From the human T2T-CHM13v2.0 reference genome, Homo sapiens: 64,000 bases of DNA. Shown here piece after piece: positions 1 through 18,645 of this stretch. Each line of letters starts with the position of its first letter. Position 1 is the stretch's first letter. The notes under the pieces were generated by a model. It ran no database searches and was not told the DNA's origin. It saw nothing but the letters and a program-made list of their open reading frames with translations. The DNA lies in the NCBI RefSeq assembly GCF_009914755.1, contig NC_060928.1; one strand, 5' to 3'. Both the position numbers and the translations under genes were made by a program.

Positions 1-78
1 ATCATGCCACTGCACTCCAGCCTGGGCAACAGGGTGAGATCCTGTCTCAAAAAATAAAATAAAATAAATAAAATAAAG
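1..78 (+). mobile_element. Alu 3' end with A-rich tail (cut by window edge)
   Basis: GCCACTGCACTCCAGCCTGGGCAACAG...GTCTC followed by (AAAAT)n. Confidence 0.9.
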
Positions 79-1810
79 ATAAATCCACTTGTGTGGAATG
101 ATTGGCTCAAAGGCCATACCTCTTTGAATACACATTGCCAAATTGCCTTCCTAAGTGTTTGTGCCAATTGATCCTGCACTGAGAATCGCATCTGAGTGCC
201 TGTTTAACGACACCTTTGCTGGCATTGGATATTATCTATATTTTTCCAGTCCCTTTTTCTTTTGGTTTCTTTCATAAGGGCTGTGCCCAGGACAGAACGA
301 ATTCCAGAGCTCTTTATGGAGCCATCTCATCCAGCCGCCTGACTCACCTACGTTCATACCTCAGCCATCTGATTCGTTTTGATCACCAGTTTTGATCTGA
401 TTAACTGGTGAGCTGCAGAGTACTAAGCCATTGGTATAGTTACCACATTTCTTTAATGAGCTCATGCTCCCCCCATTCAAAAAGTAGTGACTGAGCAGCA
501 GTATGATGTGCTGGGTTTTATAGGAGTTTGCAAAGATGTGTAAGTTACAGTCTCTGGCCCTCAATGCTCTTGTATTCTTGAAAAGGGCAGATATTCAGAT
601 GATATTATGAATACAGCGGTCATGTGATAAGAACTCCAACATAATCTGGGGTTCAGGTTATGCACCTGGAAAGTGGTGTGTCCAAAATCTTCCAGTGCCA
701 ATATTCAGAGTGATTCCACAGTTACACGCCACCACCCTGTAAACTCACCTCCCTCTCCTTCCCAACACAAGCCCTGTGCCCCCATCAGACTAGTCTCCTG
801 GCCTCCAAATGCAAAAATACACTGTGTTTACTACTGATGGCATATCTTATCAGAACCCCTCCCACTCCTCAGACAGCTGCATACATACGTTCTCTCATTT
901 AACTCACACAGCAACTCTGTTGAGGCAGTTATTTTAATCTTCCCTCCTTAGATACTGACACTGACTTCAAAGATGGTCTTGCCAAAGGTCTTAAAAATGG
1001 GGCAGAAAGTTGAACCTAGGGATGTCAGACCCCAAATTGTGTGGGCATCCTTCCCTTGCCACGGGCAGCTTCATTGCCAGGGTGTCCTTCCCCATGTCCT
1101 GCTCTTCTTCCCGCAGGGACCACCCTCCCTCTCTGCCCAGTGCCTGCCTCTTGGTTTTATGTAGGTTTTATCCATCCATCAAGGTCCAGCTGAAAAGCCC
1201 ACAAAATTTCCCAAATCCTCCCGGCTGAGATTTCTCCGGGAAGCTGAATCACAGTCTTTGGTAGACTTTTCACAAGGTCATCTGGCAAGGTTTTGATGGA
1301 GATAGATGGGATCTCCAAAGGAATAATTCCTGGGCCCCAAGCTGACTTCTAGTGACATCCCCAGAGTCACGTGTTCCTCTGGGTGGAAACTCTTTTAAAA
1401 CAAATGTTCACCTTATTCACTGGGCTTGATAAATTCTCCCTGGGTGAAGGCCACGTGGAGCCCCTGGTCTGATGGGGACAGGAGGGACTGTGTGTGAAAA
1501 GGAAATTAATTCAATGCTCGCAAAAGGAAGATTCTATCAGGAAATATACCTAATTGGTGTAAAAGGACACTGTGGTTGTTGGCACTAAGCCACTCACCCT
1601 GCCAGCTTCAGTGCTTAGTGTATTTATGTCCTTTGTCACCTTCCTAATTGGAAGGAGTCACTCTACTGACTCACCATCTTTCTCCCCTTTATGGAAGAGC
1701 CGTGGGAGGTAATGTCACTCAAGGTCAAGGGCTCAGAATTGGTCTGGGTCTGCAGTGAGATGGTGTCATTACCCTGAGAGCTGCTTGGCAGCGTTTGGAA
1801 GGTAAATTAG

Positions 1811-2264
<454 letters not shown>

Positions 2265-3812
2265 GAATTTCCATTACTTTTGAAACACAATAAAATAACT
2301 AGAAAGAGAAGCTTAAAATCAGCCTAGTACTAAGAATGTACCCATGAGGACGACAGAGGCAGCAGGATGTCGAAACTGTGCTTGGGAAGCAGGCAGCTGG
2401 GCGGGCGCTCAGACACGCTGACTCAGGAGCTCAGTCTGCCCCTCATCGCTCTTCCCTTCACTCAGAGAATTCTCTTGCCCCCAAATGCAAGTGTCAGACT
2501 GCTGAAAAACTCCTTGAAGTTCAGGCATTTCGTCTTTCTACCCTCCTGTCCACCCTCCTGGCAGAGGCAATGAATCAAATTTCTAACAGCCTCTCTTTCC
2601 TCTGCAAGCTTGGCCACGTCCAAAGGGAAGTCATCTTAAAGCTGGGATGGAGAAAGAAAAGAAGGTATAAGCCATGCTCAGAACCTTCTGGGCTCAACTC
2701 TAGTGTGTGTTCCCACCCAGCCCCAGCCTGAGAAGGCTTAGACTGAGAAAAGCCAACCAGATCATAGAAAAGCCCTCGGGGACAGGGACCAAGGCCCTTG
2801 GCCCTCAGCCTAGCTTGAGCTCCCAGCCAACAGCCAACTCTGATTTTCCAGCCATGTGCAAGACCCATCCTGTAAATGGATCCTCCAGCCCCCAGTGCAG
2901 CTGCCCTGGGGCCCAGTCAATGCCATGTGGAGCTCATATGAGCTTTCCCTCTGTGTCCCAGCTGCAGATCTGATGATCTGCTATTTCAGTGAAGCTTTGG
3001 GATGGCTTGCTACTCCGCAACAGATAACCGTAACACCAGGGTTCCAGCATTCCCTGAGGCAGCTCAGAGGGATGCTGACCACTCAGCACGCCTCAGGAAG
3101 GGGCCACTGGCCAGCCTCGCACAGGCAAGACGATACAAGCCTGTGAGATGGCATCCAAACGGCAAGCCCAGCGCTGAACACCTTTTACACACCTTTCATG
3201 CTTTCCAGCCCCCTCTCCCACTACTCCTCACCCGTATCCTTGGATCTTGGGAACCTGCTCAGTATTTGGGAGACTTGACCACGGTTGCTGTAACTTAGTA
3301 AATATAAATGGGGAGTAGGAGCCCCAGTCACCTTTTCTCCCAAGTCCAAGCCCATTACCCCCGCTGCCGTGGGGCCTTTTGCGGGCTCCCTTCCACACCT
3401 AGCATGTTGCTTTGTGGAAAATGGATTCACAATGGGAACAAGGGGAGTTTGGGGTCTAGGAGGAAATCCAAGGGATGTGATTGCTGCAGGAGCCCAGGCA
3501 GGAAGGAGTTCAAGGAGATCAGGACCATTAATATCACGTAGAATAGAGAGGCCATGAGAGAAAAGAGACTAAAGCATCTAGATATGGGAGAATGGACATG
3601 AGTTCCAAGAGCAGAAGGGACAGAAACTAACTTGGGGTGGCTTAGAGTGAGTAGGAGGGAGGAGGTAGAGCCGGTGGGTGCTCGCAGGCAAGCCCATCCT
3701 AAAGCTTGTGGAGAAGGGAAGGGAAAAGGTATGAAGCAGACAAGGGGGAGGTGGAGGGCTAGGGAAGATCTCTAGTTTCTAGGATAGTTTGGTTTTTAAG
3801 AATGAAGTTGCT

Positions 3813-4134
<322 letters not shown>

Positions 4135-4463
4135 TTATTCAAGAGAACAGCTGAGAGGAGGGGCTGACCCTAAGGCCTGGTCCCTGGACCGTCTCCTGGT
4201 CCAGAATGCAGGAGCTGTCCCTGAGCAACCGTGGACATGCTGGGGGCTGAAGGGACCCACGGGGTGCAGGGAGCCAAGCAAGGAAGGAAGTGCCTAATCA
4301 AAGGACTGTGTTAGCGCCTTCCGTGCCCGCGTGCAGGAGGGGCTGTGGGGCAGCAAGCCTTCGCCAGGCCACGGGCCTGGAAGCAACATGTGCCTGCAGC
4401 TGAGCTCTAACTCTTAACTCAGATGGTCTTCTACAGACCAATAAAAATAGCATTTTCCAAAAA

Positions 4464-4665
4464 CAGGTTGATTACCCCTTATCTAGAATGCCTTGGGCGA
4501 GAAGTGTTTTGAATTTTGGATGTTTTTTGGATTTTTAAATATTTGCATATACATAATGAGATATCTTGGGGATGGGATCAAAGTCTAATTCATTTATGTT
4601 TCATATACACCTTATACACATCATCTGAGGGTAATTTTATAAAATATTTTAAAATAATTTTATGT
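4464..4665 (+). mobile_element. MER46-like TcMar-Tigger DNA transposon fragment
   Basis: CAGGTTGATTACCCCTTATC...GAGATATCTTGGGGATGGGA...TTTATGTTTCATATACACC resembles the recalled MER46C consensus. Confidence 0.65.
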
Positions 4666-4666
4666 A

Positions 4667-4828
4667 GGCCAGGCACGATGGCTCATACCTGTAATCCCAG
4701 AACTTTGGGAGGAAGAGGTGGGAGGATCACTTGTATCCAGGAGGTGGAGGTTGCAGTGAGCCAAGATCGCACTACTGCACTTCATCCTGGGCAACAGAGC
4801 GAGACTCTGTCTCAAAAAATAAAATAAA
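4667..4828 (+). mobile_element. Monomer-length Alu (left-arm start joined to right-arm end)
   Basis: About 150 bp from GGCCAGGCACG to GTCTC plus A tail, with no central A-rich linker. Confidence 0.8.
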
Positions 4829-5226
<398 letters not shown>

Positions 5227-5228
5227 GA

Positions 5229-5796
<568 letters not shown>

Positions 5797-5844
5797 GATG
5801 TGCTCTATTCTTTCTTTATGTAAAAGAGAGCAAACCTGGCCTAT

Positions 5845-6185
5845 CCACGCTGCAAGTGGTTGTGGAGGGGCTGGCCCGCGCCCCTTCCGCGCAGTCTCCT
5901 TCCGCGTCACCTCTGTGACCGCTGTGCCCAGTCGGGCCCCACAGAAGCGGCAAGCGACGTCCTCAACCGCAATCTCGGCTCCTCGGGCGCCACCCAGTGG
6001 CCTCGGGGCGGAATCGCGGGCGAGCTCGGAGGGGCTCGGGGTGGCGGGGCGCAGCGCGGCGCCTGTAAAACAACCCTTTGTCTTCAGAAGGCGCTTGTCC
6101 TGCCAAAGCAAAGCACCGTGCTTTACAGCTACTGGAAGAGCAGTCCTGAGAAACAAAGCCCCGATTTTTTATAGCCACCGGGGAA
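5845..6185. promoter_or_regulatory. Orphan CpG island with CTCF-like and GC-box motifs
   Basis: Dense CpG in non-repeat sequence. GCGCCACCCAGTGGCC at 5987-6002 (revcomp GGCCACTGGGTGGCGC, CTCF-like), GGGGCGG at 6005-6011. Confidence 0.7.
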
Positions 6186-6366
6186 ACCAGAGCCCACTTC
6201 CTTCCTCCAGGACCAGGGCTTTATTGATGCGGATCATCTTGTTTCAGGGCTGACCTGCTGCCATCCCTCCAAGAGAGACAGGAGAAAGATTGAAGCTCTC
6301 TCAGGGAATTCATCAAAGGTTTTTCTGTTCAGGTTACCAAACTGTTACAAAGAACTCTCTTATGGA

Positions 6367-6806
6367 TCTCTTTCTCTTTCTTTTCTTTTCTTTTTCTCTT
6401 TCCTTTCTTTCTTTTCGTTCTTCCTTTCTTTTCCTCTTGCTTTCTCTTTTTCTTTCTTCTTGCTTTCTCTTTTTCTTTCTTCCTTCTCTTTCTTGCTTTC
6501 TCTCTTTTTTCTTTCTTCCTTCTTTCTTTCTTCTTTCTCCTCTTCCTTCTTTCCTTTCCTTCCTTCCTTTCTTTCTTTTCTTTCATTCTTTCCTTCCTTC
6601 CTTTCCTCTTTCTTTCTCTTTCTTCTTTCTTCCTCTCCTTTTTTTCTTTCTTTTCTTCTTTCTCTTCTTCCTTCTTTCCCTTCCTTCCTCTCTCTCTTTC
6701 TCTTTCTTTCCTTCCTGCCTTTTTCCTTCCTTCCCTTTCCTTCCTTTCTTTTTCTTTCTTTCTTTCATTTTTTTCTCTCCCTTTCTTTTCTTTTCTTTTT
6801 TTTTTT
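6367..6806. repeat. About 440-bp polypyrimidine/polypurine tract, (CTTT/CCTT)n-like
   Basis: Almost exclusively C/T on the + strand. Confidence 0.95.
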
Positions 6807-7794
6807 GAGTTTTTAAATAACACTGAGCGTGATCTGCCCTTCCCTGCACAGCTGAGAGGAAGAGACTTGGGGGTACGTGATGAGTGACACCTTTAGTGCC
6901 CTTCTGTGCCCTCCTGTCAGGGAGGGAAACAGCTTCTGCCTCTGGGGGGGAGATGCCAGGAAGCTCAGCACGGGACCAAAGGGGGCCCAGGTGAGGAGGG
7001 TGTTTGGGGCGGGGAGCCAGTAGGCACCATGGGCCCTGGTCTTCTTCAGGCCTCGGTGCCCACCGTCCCCCACTCCCCCAGACAGCCATGCATCCAGGTG
7101 CTGTGACCAAGTGAGGCGATACAGTGGGTGCTAGACCATGAATTCAATTTCTCCTAAAGGAATTCAGGAGAAACCATGTCAGAATAAAGGTTTCACCAAA
7201 TTCAAGAATGAAAACTCCGAACCAATTATTAGCCAAAGACGATGATGCAGGGAAGGTGGCCTTCCCAAGCAGGGGGGTTGCGTTGAAAGTTCTGCTGTGA
7301 GCGATCAAGTTACTTAACCCTCTGAGGCTCAACCTCCTCTGCTAAATGGGGATGTCAATGACACCCACTTCATAAGACTGTTGTGAGTTTTTATTGAGGT
7401 GATATACATTTAACGGTGATCAATTTTACTCATAGACTTGAGTATTAAAAAAAGTGCCACATTCAGAATGTTCCCAAATCATATTAAATCAGCTTGCCTG
7501 TATGGTGAGAAATTCAATCCGTTGAATTTGAGGTGTCCTTCTTGTCTCTAGGATCACATGAGAGTCGTTGGTAACCCTGTCGTGTCCAGAAAGCCAGTGC
7601 TGGGCCTTTAGCTCTAGTCCATCAGGGTAATGCCAAACCCCGGCCCAGCCCAGTCCCTAAGACTGACAGCCATGGAGGGCAGGGCCAGGCCTCCCAGGGC
7701 CCCCTCCCAACCAAGCCCTCTGGGTTACTTCCTCCTTCCTGAGGGGGCTGAGTGTGGGCTGGTGGGGCAGGGCTTGTCTTTATTACTAGCAGAA

Positions 7795-7839
7795 TACACA
7801 CACACACACGCACACACACGGACACACACGCACGCACAC
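7795..7839. repeat. Imperfect (CA)n microsatellite
   Basis: ACACACACACACACGCACACACACGGACACACACGCACGCACAC. Confidence 0.9.
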
Positions 7840-8331
7840 ATCTATTCCGCTGCCAGCCTTAGGAGCTGTCTCCAAGACTCTGGCACTCTGCACCCTCCAC
7901 CTCTTGCCCTCCAAGGGCTCTGTCTTGTGCCCTGAAGGAGAGATTTCACACAATCCCCAACATGAGGCTGGAGAGCCCAGTACTTGGGATGGCAAAGGAG
8001 AAACAAAGACAACAGCAAGAACGACAACGTGGAAAACACAGATTAATTCCTCAGTGAATCACCCTGTAAAACCATAGCACATGTACAAGGCAAATCCTCA
8101 GTAACTGGGAATTGTCATCGATGTAAGAGGCTGGATTGGGGACACATAAACTATTGTCATTAGTGCTGTATTATTGCTGTGCTGCGGCCTACTCAGCTGT
8201 TCCTTTTGTTGTATGGACCTACCTGCCCATTGGTGCCCTACTGGTCTGGATGTAGGCTCTGGATAGCAGAGAGCAGCTTGCTCAGAGCTCACTCAGGGGA
8301 CCTGCCTAAGCCTTTGCTATGTGAGTTTCTG

Positions 8332-8332
<1 letters not shown>

Positions 8333-8364
<32 letters not shown>
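8333..8364. repeat. (TG)n microsatellite
   Basis: About 16 perfect TG units. Confidence 0.95.
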
Positions 8365-8370
<6 letters not shown>

Positions 8371-9169
8371 ATATCTACAGAGATAAATCAGTTCAAACAA
8401 ACTGTGCTGTGTAAGTGACCTGCCCTTGGTGAGCCCTCACTGCAGATTTGATCTTTCAACCACAGGAGAGAGAACTGTACTCCAGGGGAGAGAATTGCAT
8501 CGGGTCAGGAGGTCTGGGCTGTCCTTCAGCCCTCGGTGGCTCTGTGCTCGGCCTCTGCACTGGGACCTTGACGTTCACTATCTTGGGTTTTTCTCCTCTG
8601 ATGGGAGATGGGGTGGAGGCAGGGGATCCCACCTTCCCTGCCTACCTCCCTGGGATCAAAAGAGGTCACAGGATATTCAGTGGACACATTCTGAAAAACA
8701 CTTGTCAGACGAGGTAATTATATTTCAGATAATAACGTGAGCAGGGAAATGCCAATGCCTGAAATTCCCTACGTCACAAAATAGCTTCGTGCTAGCCTGA
8801 TACCCAGGCGCGACAGAAACTCAGAGCCCATGCCTCTTTCTGGCCTCAAGCTTGCATTCTTCCATGGGGAGTGACCGGGCCAACCATCTCTGTCATCTAC
8901 TCCCAGCCTCCTGCCACTTGCCGAGAGTGGGGGCTGTGGAACCATCCCTTGGGGCCTCTCGACCTGTCTCTATCCCACCTTCCTTCTCTTCCATACCACC
9001 CCACTGGCTTCCTGGACCTCCTGCTTGGGGCAGCCCTGGCCCCTCCTCACTGATCACTGCCACAGGGGAGAGAGGGCTGAGCCTCGCAGAGAAAAAGCTG
9101 GCGTTTCATGAACGTGTGGCATGAGCTGCATCGTCTCATCAGTGCTTGTACAACCCTCTGACTTGGCCT

Positions 9170-9280
9170 TTTCATTTTTACAGATGAGGAAACTGAGGCT
9201 CAGTAACATGTTCAGCTTATGCCCAAGTTCACACAGCTGAGAAGACACAGAACAAGACCCTGCGCCTTCATCCCTGGACC
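9170..9280 (-). mobile_element. MIR fragment
   Basis: Core TTTTACAGATGAGGAAACTGAGGCTCAG...GCCCAAGTTCACACAGC. Confidence 0.7.
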
Positions 9281-9556
9281 CTATCTCTGCAGTGCCAGAG
9301 GGGCTCCGAAGCCCGGGTCTCCACCCCATTCTCTGCCTCTCCTAAAGGGACTGATTCCCAGCTTGGCCACAGAGTGTGGGCAAAACAGAACTGGCCCCAC
9401 TCAGTCACCTCTGAAGAGCTTTCCCAGCCCAAGAGGAAGACACCCAGCTAAGCAGACCAGCTGCCTGCAGAGGCTTTGGGGAGACGGTGGCCCCAGGAGG
9501 GGTTCCCATTGATTCTATTTCAATAAGGGAAATGTAATAAGTATTTTTTGTCCCAA

Positions 9557-10261
<705 letters not shown>

Positions 10262-10603
10262 CCACTGAGAGACCGCAAGATGACAAAGAAAAATCCAGCA
10301 TTGACAAGGCACATCTAGAAATTTCACAATACTTCCCAGCCTCCGTGACTCTTGTAAATATTAATTTAACCCTCTGGGTAAATTGGTAATAAAATTCTCT
10401 TTGTATTAAGGCAATGGTAAAAGTTAATAGGCTGTAAGCCAGAATAATTCCTGGGTGGTTTTATTGCGGAGCATGTGAGTGCCTCGAATTGTACTGTGAG
10501 GCACTGAGTTTCTAGGCCACACTCCATGACTGGAATAGCATTATCGTTGACTCATGTGGCATTCCCATTATTGTTATACAACCTGGTACAAAGCAGGTGT
10601 TCA

Positions 10604-10912
<309 letters not shown>

Positions 10913-11143
10913 ATAAACATCATTATAGTGAGTATTGAACTCAGCACACATAGCACAAAACAAAAATCTAGGGGCTACAGTTAATATTTTTTTAATGTCC
11001 ATGGTTCAGGAATGGATCTAGAAACTTCTTCCTTTAGTGCCCTAAAACAGAGATCCTAGAAAACTAAGATGCTTTCGTTTGGGAAGTTTCCTGATCCCTT
11101 GTAGAATCTTCCTGATAGCTGACCCCAGTGCTCAGAACGATAA

Positions 11144-11629
<486 letters not shown>

Positions 11630-13056
11630 CTACCTGGTCTCTCTAAAAGAGCAAAACATCATTCCATAGCGTCACTATGAACAGCTGGCCTTCCCGTCAT
11701 TCTCCTCACTTCATCCCATGATCAGTCAAGCCAGGAAGGAAGAAGTCAGTAAGACACTGACGCCTTTCCTGTTAGACAACCAGGAAGACCCGCGTTTAGT
11801 TATCACACTGTAAATCAATCCTGACACCTTCTCCGTGATCCTAGGTCTTCCTGTGATATTCACTGTTTTGTTTATGTCCTTTTGCTTTAATTCAAGACCC
11901 TGTGACCGCATCGTGCCCAGCTCATGCTCTGCATTAGTAAAATAGTGGCCGCTGTGGCGTTGGGGTGTTTTTCTTGCCCTCGAGTTTAGCTCAAGTACTG
12001 GGGCTTTCATGTGCAGACACACCGTGATGGGTGAGCAAGGATCTGGAGGAGCCTGGAGGGTCTGGGGCTGGTGGGTGGTTCTGGAAACTAATGACTCTAG
12101 TGCCCCACCATTCACCTGACTCCGCCACTGTCTCTATCTCTTTTTCTTGTGATGCTTCTCAGTTCTCCTGCCCCCAGGCAGCCGCTGTACTGTCATCTGC
12201 TTGTCATTGTCTATGTCTCCTGCCCAAGGGAAGCCTCATCCTGCAGTGATCCCTCGTAGCCCTCCTGCCTCATCGCCTTTCCTGCGCAGCCTCTCAGCAA
12301 AGTCAGGTTCCACCGCTGCCAGCCTGCCTCTGCGTATTTCAGAGAGGTGACCTGGTGGACAAGGCAGAGCTCTCCAGGTCAGGCCCCTGCAGGGCCGATG
12401 ACAAGCCTACCACGTGGCCCAGAATAAGACACCAGGTGCCAGCAGCAGCCTGGTTCTGCGCAGGTGCAGCTGTGTTTCAGGAGCAGGCTGAGCGCGGCAG
12501 GGGCTGTGACGGACACATCCAGGACAACAGCCCGGGGCACAGGAGCCTTTCCTCTGCCCTCTATTTGGGTTTATGCATCCGTTCATCTGGTCTACTTGGG
12601 GTCAGCAAGGTCCTCCGTGTTGTTGAGTCTGATGGCCAATTTCCAGGCCTGGTTCTCCCTGACTTTGCGCAGGCATCCGACCTGCTGTCTCCCTCTCCTC
12701 CTGGAAGAAGCTCGGCCCCAGGACACCACACTCGCCTGCCGCCGCCTGACTCTCCCGGCAGCCCCTTTCTTGGTCTCCTTCACTCTTCTGCCCCTCCCTT
12801 TATCGTTCCCCAAGCAAGGGCTACAGATTCCTTGATTACCTCATTGATGTCATTGGTCTGATCGCTTTGAATACCATCTCCACGCTGATGACTGGAATTT
12901 ACACCTCCATCCCAGGCCTCCCCCTGAACTCCAGCTGCAGACTCCCGGCTGCCGACTTTCCACTCAGTTGTCTAACGCTCATCTGAAACCTAAAGTGCCC
13001 AAACTCCTGATATTCATTTCTAAGTTTATTTTAATTTTTGTACATTAAAAAATTTA

Positions 13057-14575
<1,519 letters not shown>

Positions 14576-14768
14576 ATACTTCTGGAATTCGCGAACCCAT
14601 GGAAATCTTCATTGCCCTGTTCATCAGTCTTTGCGAGGCAGCTGCTGTCCGTGTGTGCACGCCTTCTCATGGCTGGTTGCTAGCTGTCCTTCAGCCAAAA
14701 CAGAACCTTTCCAGGGTGCAGTTTGCCTAGACAATGCATTACTCACTTATGTGTTGTCGATCGACTGA

Positions 14769-15088
<320 letters not shown>

Positions 15089-16538
15089 GGATTTTTTTCT
15101 TTTTTTAATTCACAAGACTTTGTTACTCTGTTCCTTCATTGGTACAGTATTAAAAAATTAAGAATATTCACTTCACCTTATAGTCTCATTTGCAACTAAA
15201 GATGGATCTATATCACATGGGCGCTATAATGTTAGAAAGACAATAGAAGAGTCTTTGTCAGAGGCCCTTGGTTACTCACTATTAAAGTCTCTAAGCTTCA
15301 AGAAGTTGGAATCTCAGAGAAGCAGGGCATTCTTCGTTGAGGGCCAGGGAGGGCGTGTATGGGCGGCTTGCTGACATCTAATTTGTAGGTCTAATCAGGA
15401 AACTGTCGGACCACCTGTCAAAAAGCAACTATTTCTATGTCAGTATTGTTCCAGCCACATGACAATCTGATGATAATCTTCATCTGGTCATTTAAAACTA
15501 TGTGAGAATGACATTTAATTCATAATCCCTGAGGTGAAATTTAGGGGGAAAAAACTTTCTGTAATTTAGTTTAAAATGTCCATATATTGAAATGAACAGT
15601 GTTCAGTGTTTATTGCACGAAATGACACTTCCTCGCTTTCTCTTATATACATTTGTCATGTTATATGTTAAAGTATGAATGATTGTCAGGCTCTAGCTGA
15701 AAAGAGAGGGGCTGTAACAAGTCACCTGGAGTCCTGATTCCTTTCTCCATTGATTTCAGTCACCCCACAGTTCACGATGTCTAGTCCATCTGGCAGGCAC
15801 AGGTGCAACTATAAAATAGGAAGAGGTTTTTATTACTTTCCAGTCCCGTTCTAAATGGAGCTGGTGACTGCAGTAGCCTGTCAACCTGCTGGTGATAAAA
15901 CCTTTCAAATAAAAACTTCTCTTCGACAAAGATAAAGAAAACTAGATTCAGAGTCTAATCTCCTTGCCTCTTATAACCTTCTTCTTCTTCTTTTTTTTTA
16001 AGAGCCTCTGTGAACATTATTTTTAAAGCCAACAATGAAACTCTACACTTCCACAATACAACCTAGGCCTTCAAAAACACAGATGCTGCTGACTTTGAAT
16101 CACGGCCTCGCTCATTTCCTTCAGTCCTGGCAAATGAAGCAATTCAGAGGAATTGAATTGAGGCCCATCTCTATCCGCCCTGCATTCTCCTCTTTCTTCC
16201 AGGCTGTGCTGCTGAAGGAGACAGCTCAGGGGAGATGGCATGGATGCATGCTGGAGGATCCTGCAAAATCCCGGCAAGCTGGCTATGAGGCCAGCGGTGC
16301 TGACCCTCTACGCCAGATGGGAAGGCAGAGACACAATCTGTTTCGCTCCGCAAACATCTGGGAACAAAATGGTCTGTCCACAAGTGCAAAATACCACCCC
16401 TAAGCAGTATTTCCAATTGTTCTTTTTATGGGCTGTCTGCACACACTCAGTGAAGCCAGCTCAAGTGGTTATTACTAATAGTCCATGCTTTACAACCACA
16501 TCAGCACACAGAAAAAGAAAGAAGGCTTTTCTGGTTCA

Positions 16539-16828
<290 letters not shown>

Positions 16829-16954
16829 TCAGTTCATTTCTTGATGTCAAAACAACTCTGGCACCAACACATCTGGCAAATACCTTGCTGCGGGCACACA
16901 AACACGAAACCAATATTATTTATGATAGATGCACACATTCTAAATAAAATACTA

Positions 16955-17381
<427 letters not shown>

Positions 17382-17494
17382 TTATAAACAATTGAGGCCC
17401 TGAACTCCTGGCCTTAAGCGATCCTCCTTCCTCAGCCTCCCAAAGTGCCGGGATTCCAGGCATGAGCCACCATGCCTGGCCTGGAAGATGTTTT

Positions 17495-18645
17495 CGTGAC
17501 AGATGAGTTTTTCAATAGAAAACCCGCCTTGTGAGTCCCTCAATCCAGCCCCTCCCACCCTCACCCTTCAAAATAAATAAGAAAAGAAAAAGAAAGCCCC
17601 CTTGCCACACTATCAACACACTTCATCGCAATCCGGAATGTGCTGAACTTCAGCTCCTCACCTTGGCGGGTGGCCTGTCCACTCCCAGGACCACAAGCTG
17701 GTCTCTCTGGTGTGGCTCTCAGGCCAGCTGCTCCGGGGCTTCGTGTTCTCTTGTTCCATCCTTTTCACATCGCACACAAACACGGCCTCTGCTGGGCTGT
17801 GGACTCCCTGCAATTGGCCTCAGTGGAAATCCGTGTCCTCCAATCGGCAGGAAGGGGTGGGCATTCAGGACCACAGTCCGGGTTTGGCCTGGCAGGGCCA
17901 CGTCAGCAAAAGTCACATCACCACGGCCATGAGCACATGGTACTTGTGCTGCTGCCGAGCACCCTCCCTCACAGGAAGGATGTTGGTCCTCTTCTTGGTC
18001 AAGTTAACGAGGCACGGCCAGAGCGGTGGGAGGACTCCATGGCCTAGACTAGACCACCTGGGCCTACGATGTCAGAGACATGGGAGATGGTGGTGCCTGA
18101 GGCAGCCCCGAGGGAGAGCACCTGGGCCCTGGCTTGATGTGGGAGGGGTTCCACGCTTGGGACTCCATGCTGTCATCTCCCGGCGAAGTGGGGACTCTCT
18201 CCTCTCCATAAACTGATTCTCCAGGGACCAGATTCTCAGTGACTAGTGCATGATCCTTTCCTCCATAATGAAGACACCTCAGCCCATACAGATCCACTGT
18301 CACATTCTTCCCAGACTGCTTTCCTCCTCCTCTACCCCACCACCACCCCGGTGGCCACCAGAAAGGAATCCTCCATCACCTCTTCCTCCTCCTCCCCTAT
18401 CTCCTCCTCCCCCACCACCTCTTCCTCCTCCTTCACTTCCTCCCTCTCTTCCTTCACCTCCACCTGGACCTCGGCCTTCACCAAAGCCTCCTCGACCCCA
18501 CCACAACCGCCATGGTCACCAATGTCCCCTCAGCTGCTGAAGCCACCCCACAGGGACTAAAACCTGGCTTCATAGTGAGCCCTGACTTGCGCAGTTCCAG
18601 AATCCACAACGCCACAAGTCTGGGGCTTTCGCACGTGGGAAAGAG
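17495..18645 (-). pseudogene. FBLP1: Processed fibrillarin pseudogene, full length (5'UTR-CDS-3'UTR)
   Basis: ATG at 18573 (MKPGFSP), Gly/Arg-rich GAR remnant, [53 protein letters not shown] at 17650-17652. No introns, frameshift after about codon 8. 13-bp TSD at 17482-17494 and 18646-18658. FBL identity is clear, the symbol FBLP1 is from recall. Confidence 0.92.

Noticed and set aside
6290-7110. F/S/L-rich and K/R/E-rich ORFs
   Set aside because: Translations of the polypyrimidine tract
12355-12861. 168-aa ORF in moderately GC-rich DNA
   Set aside because: Non-ATG start, no homology recognised, adjacent to degraded L2
18246-18560. Pro-rich and Ser-rich + strand ORFs
   Set aside because: Antisense reading of the fibrillarin GAR-coding region
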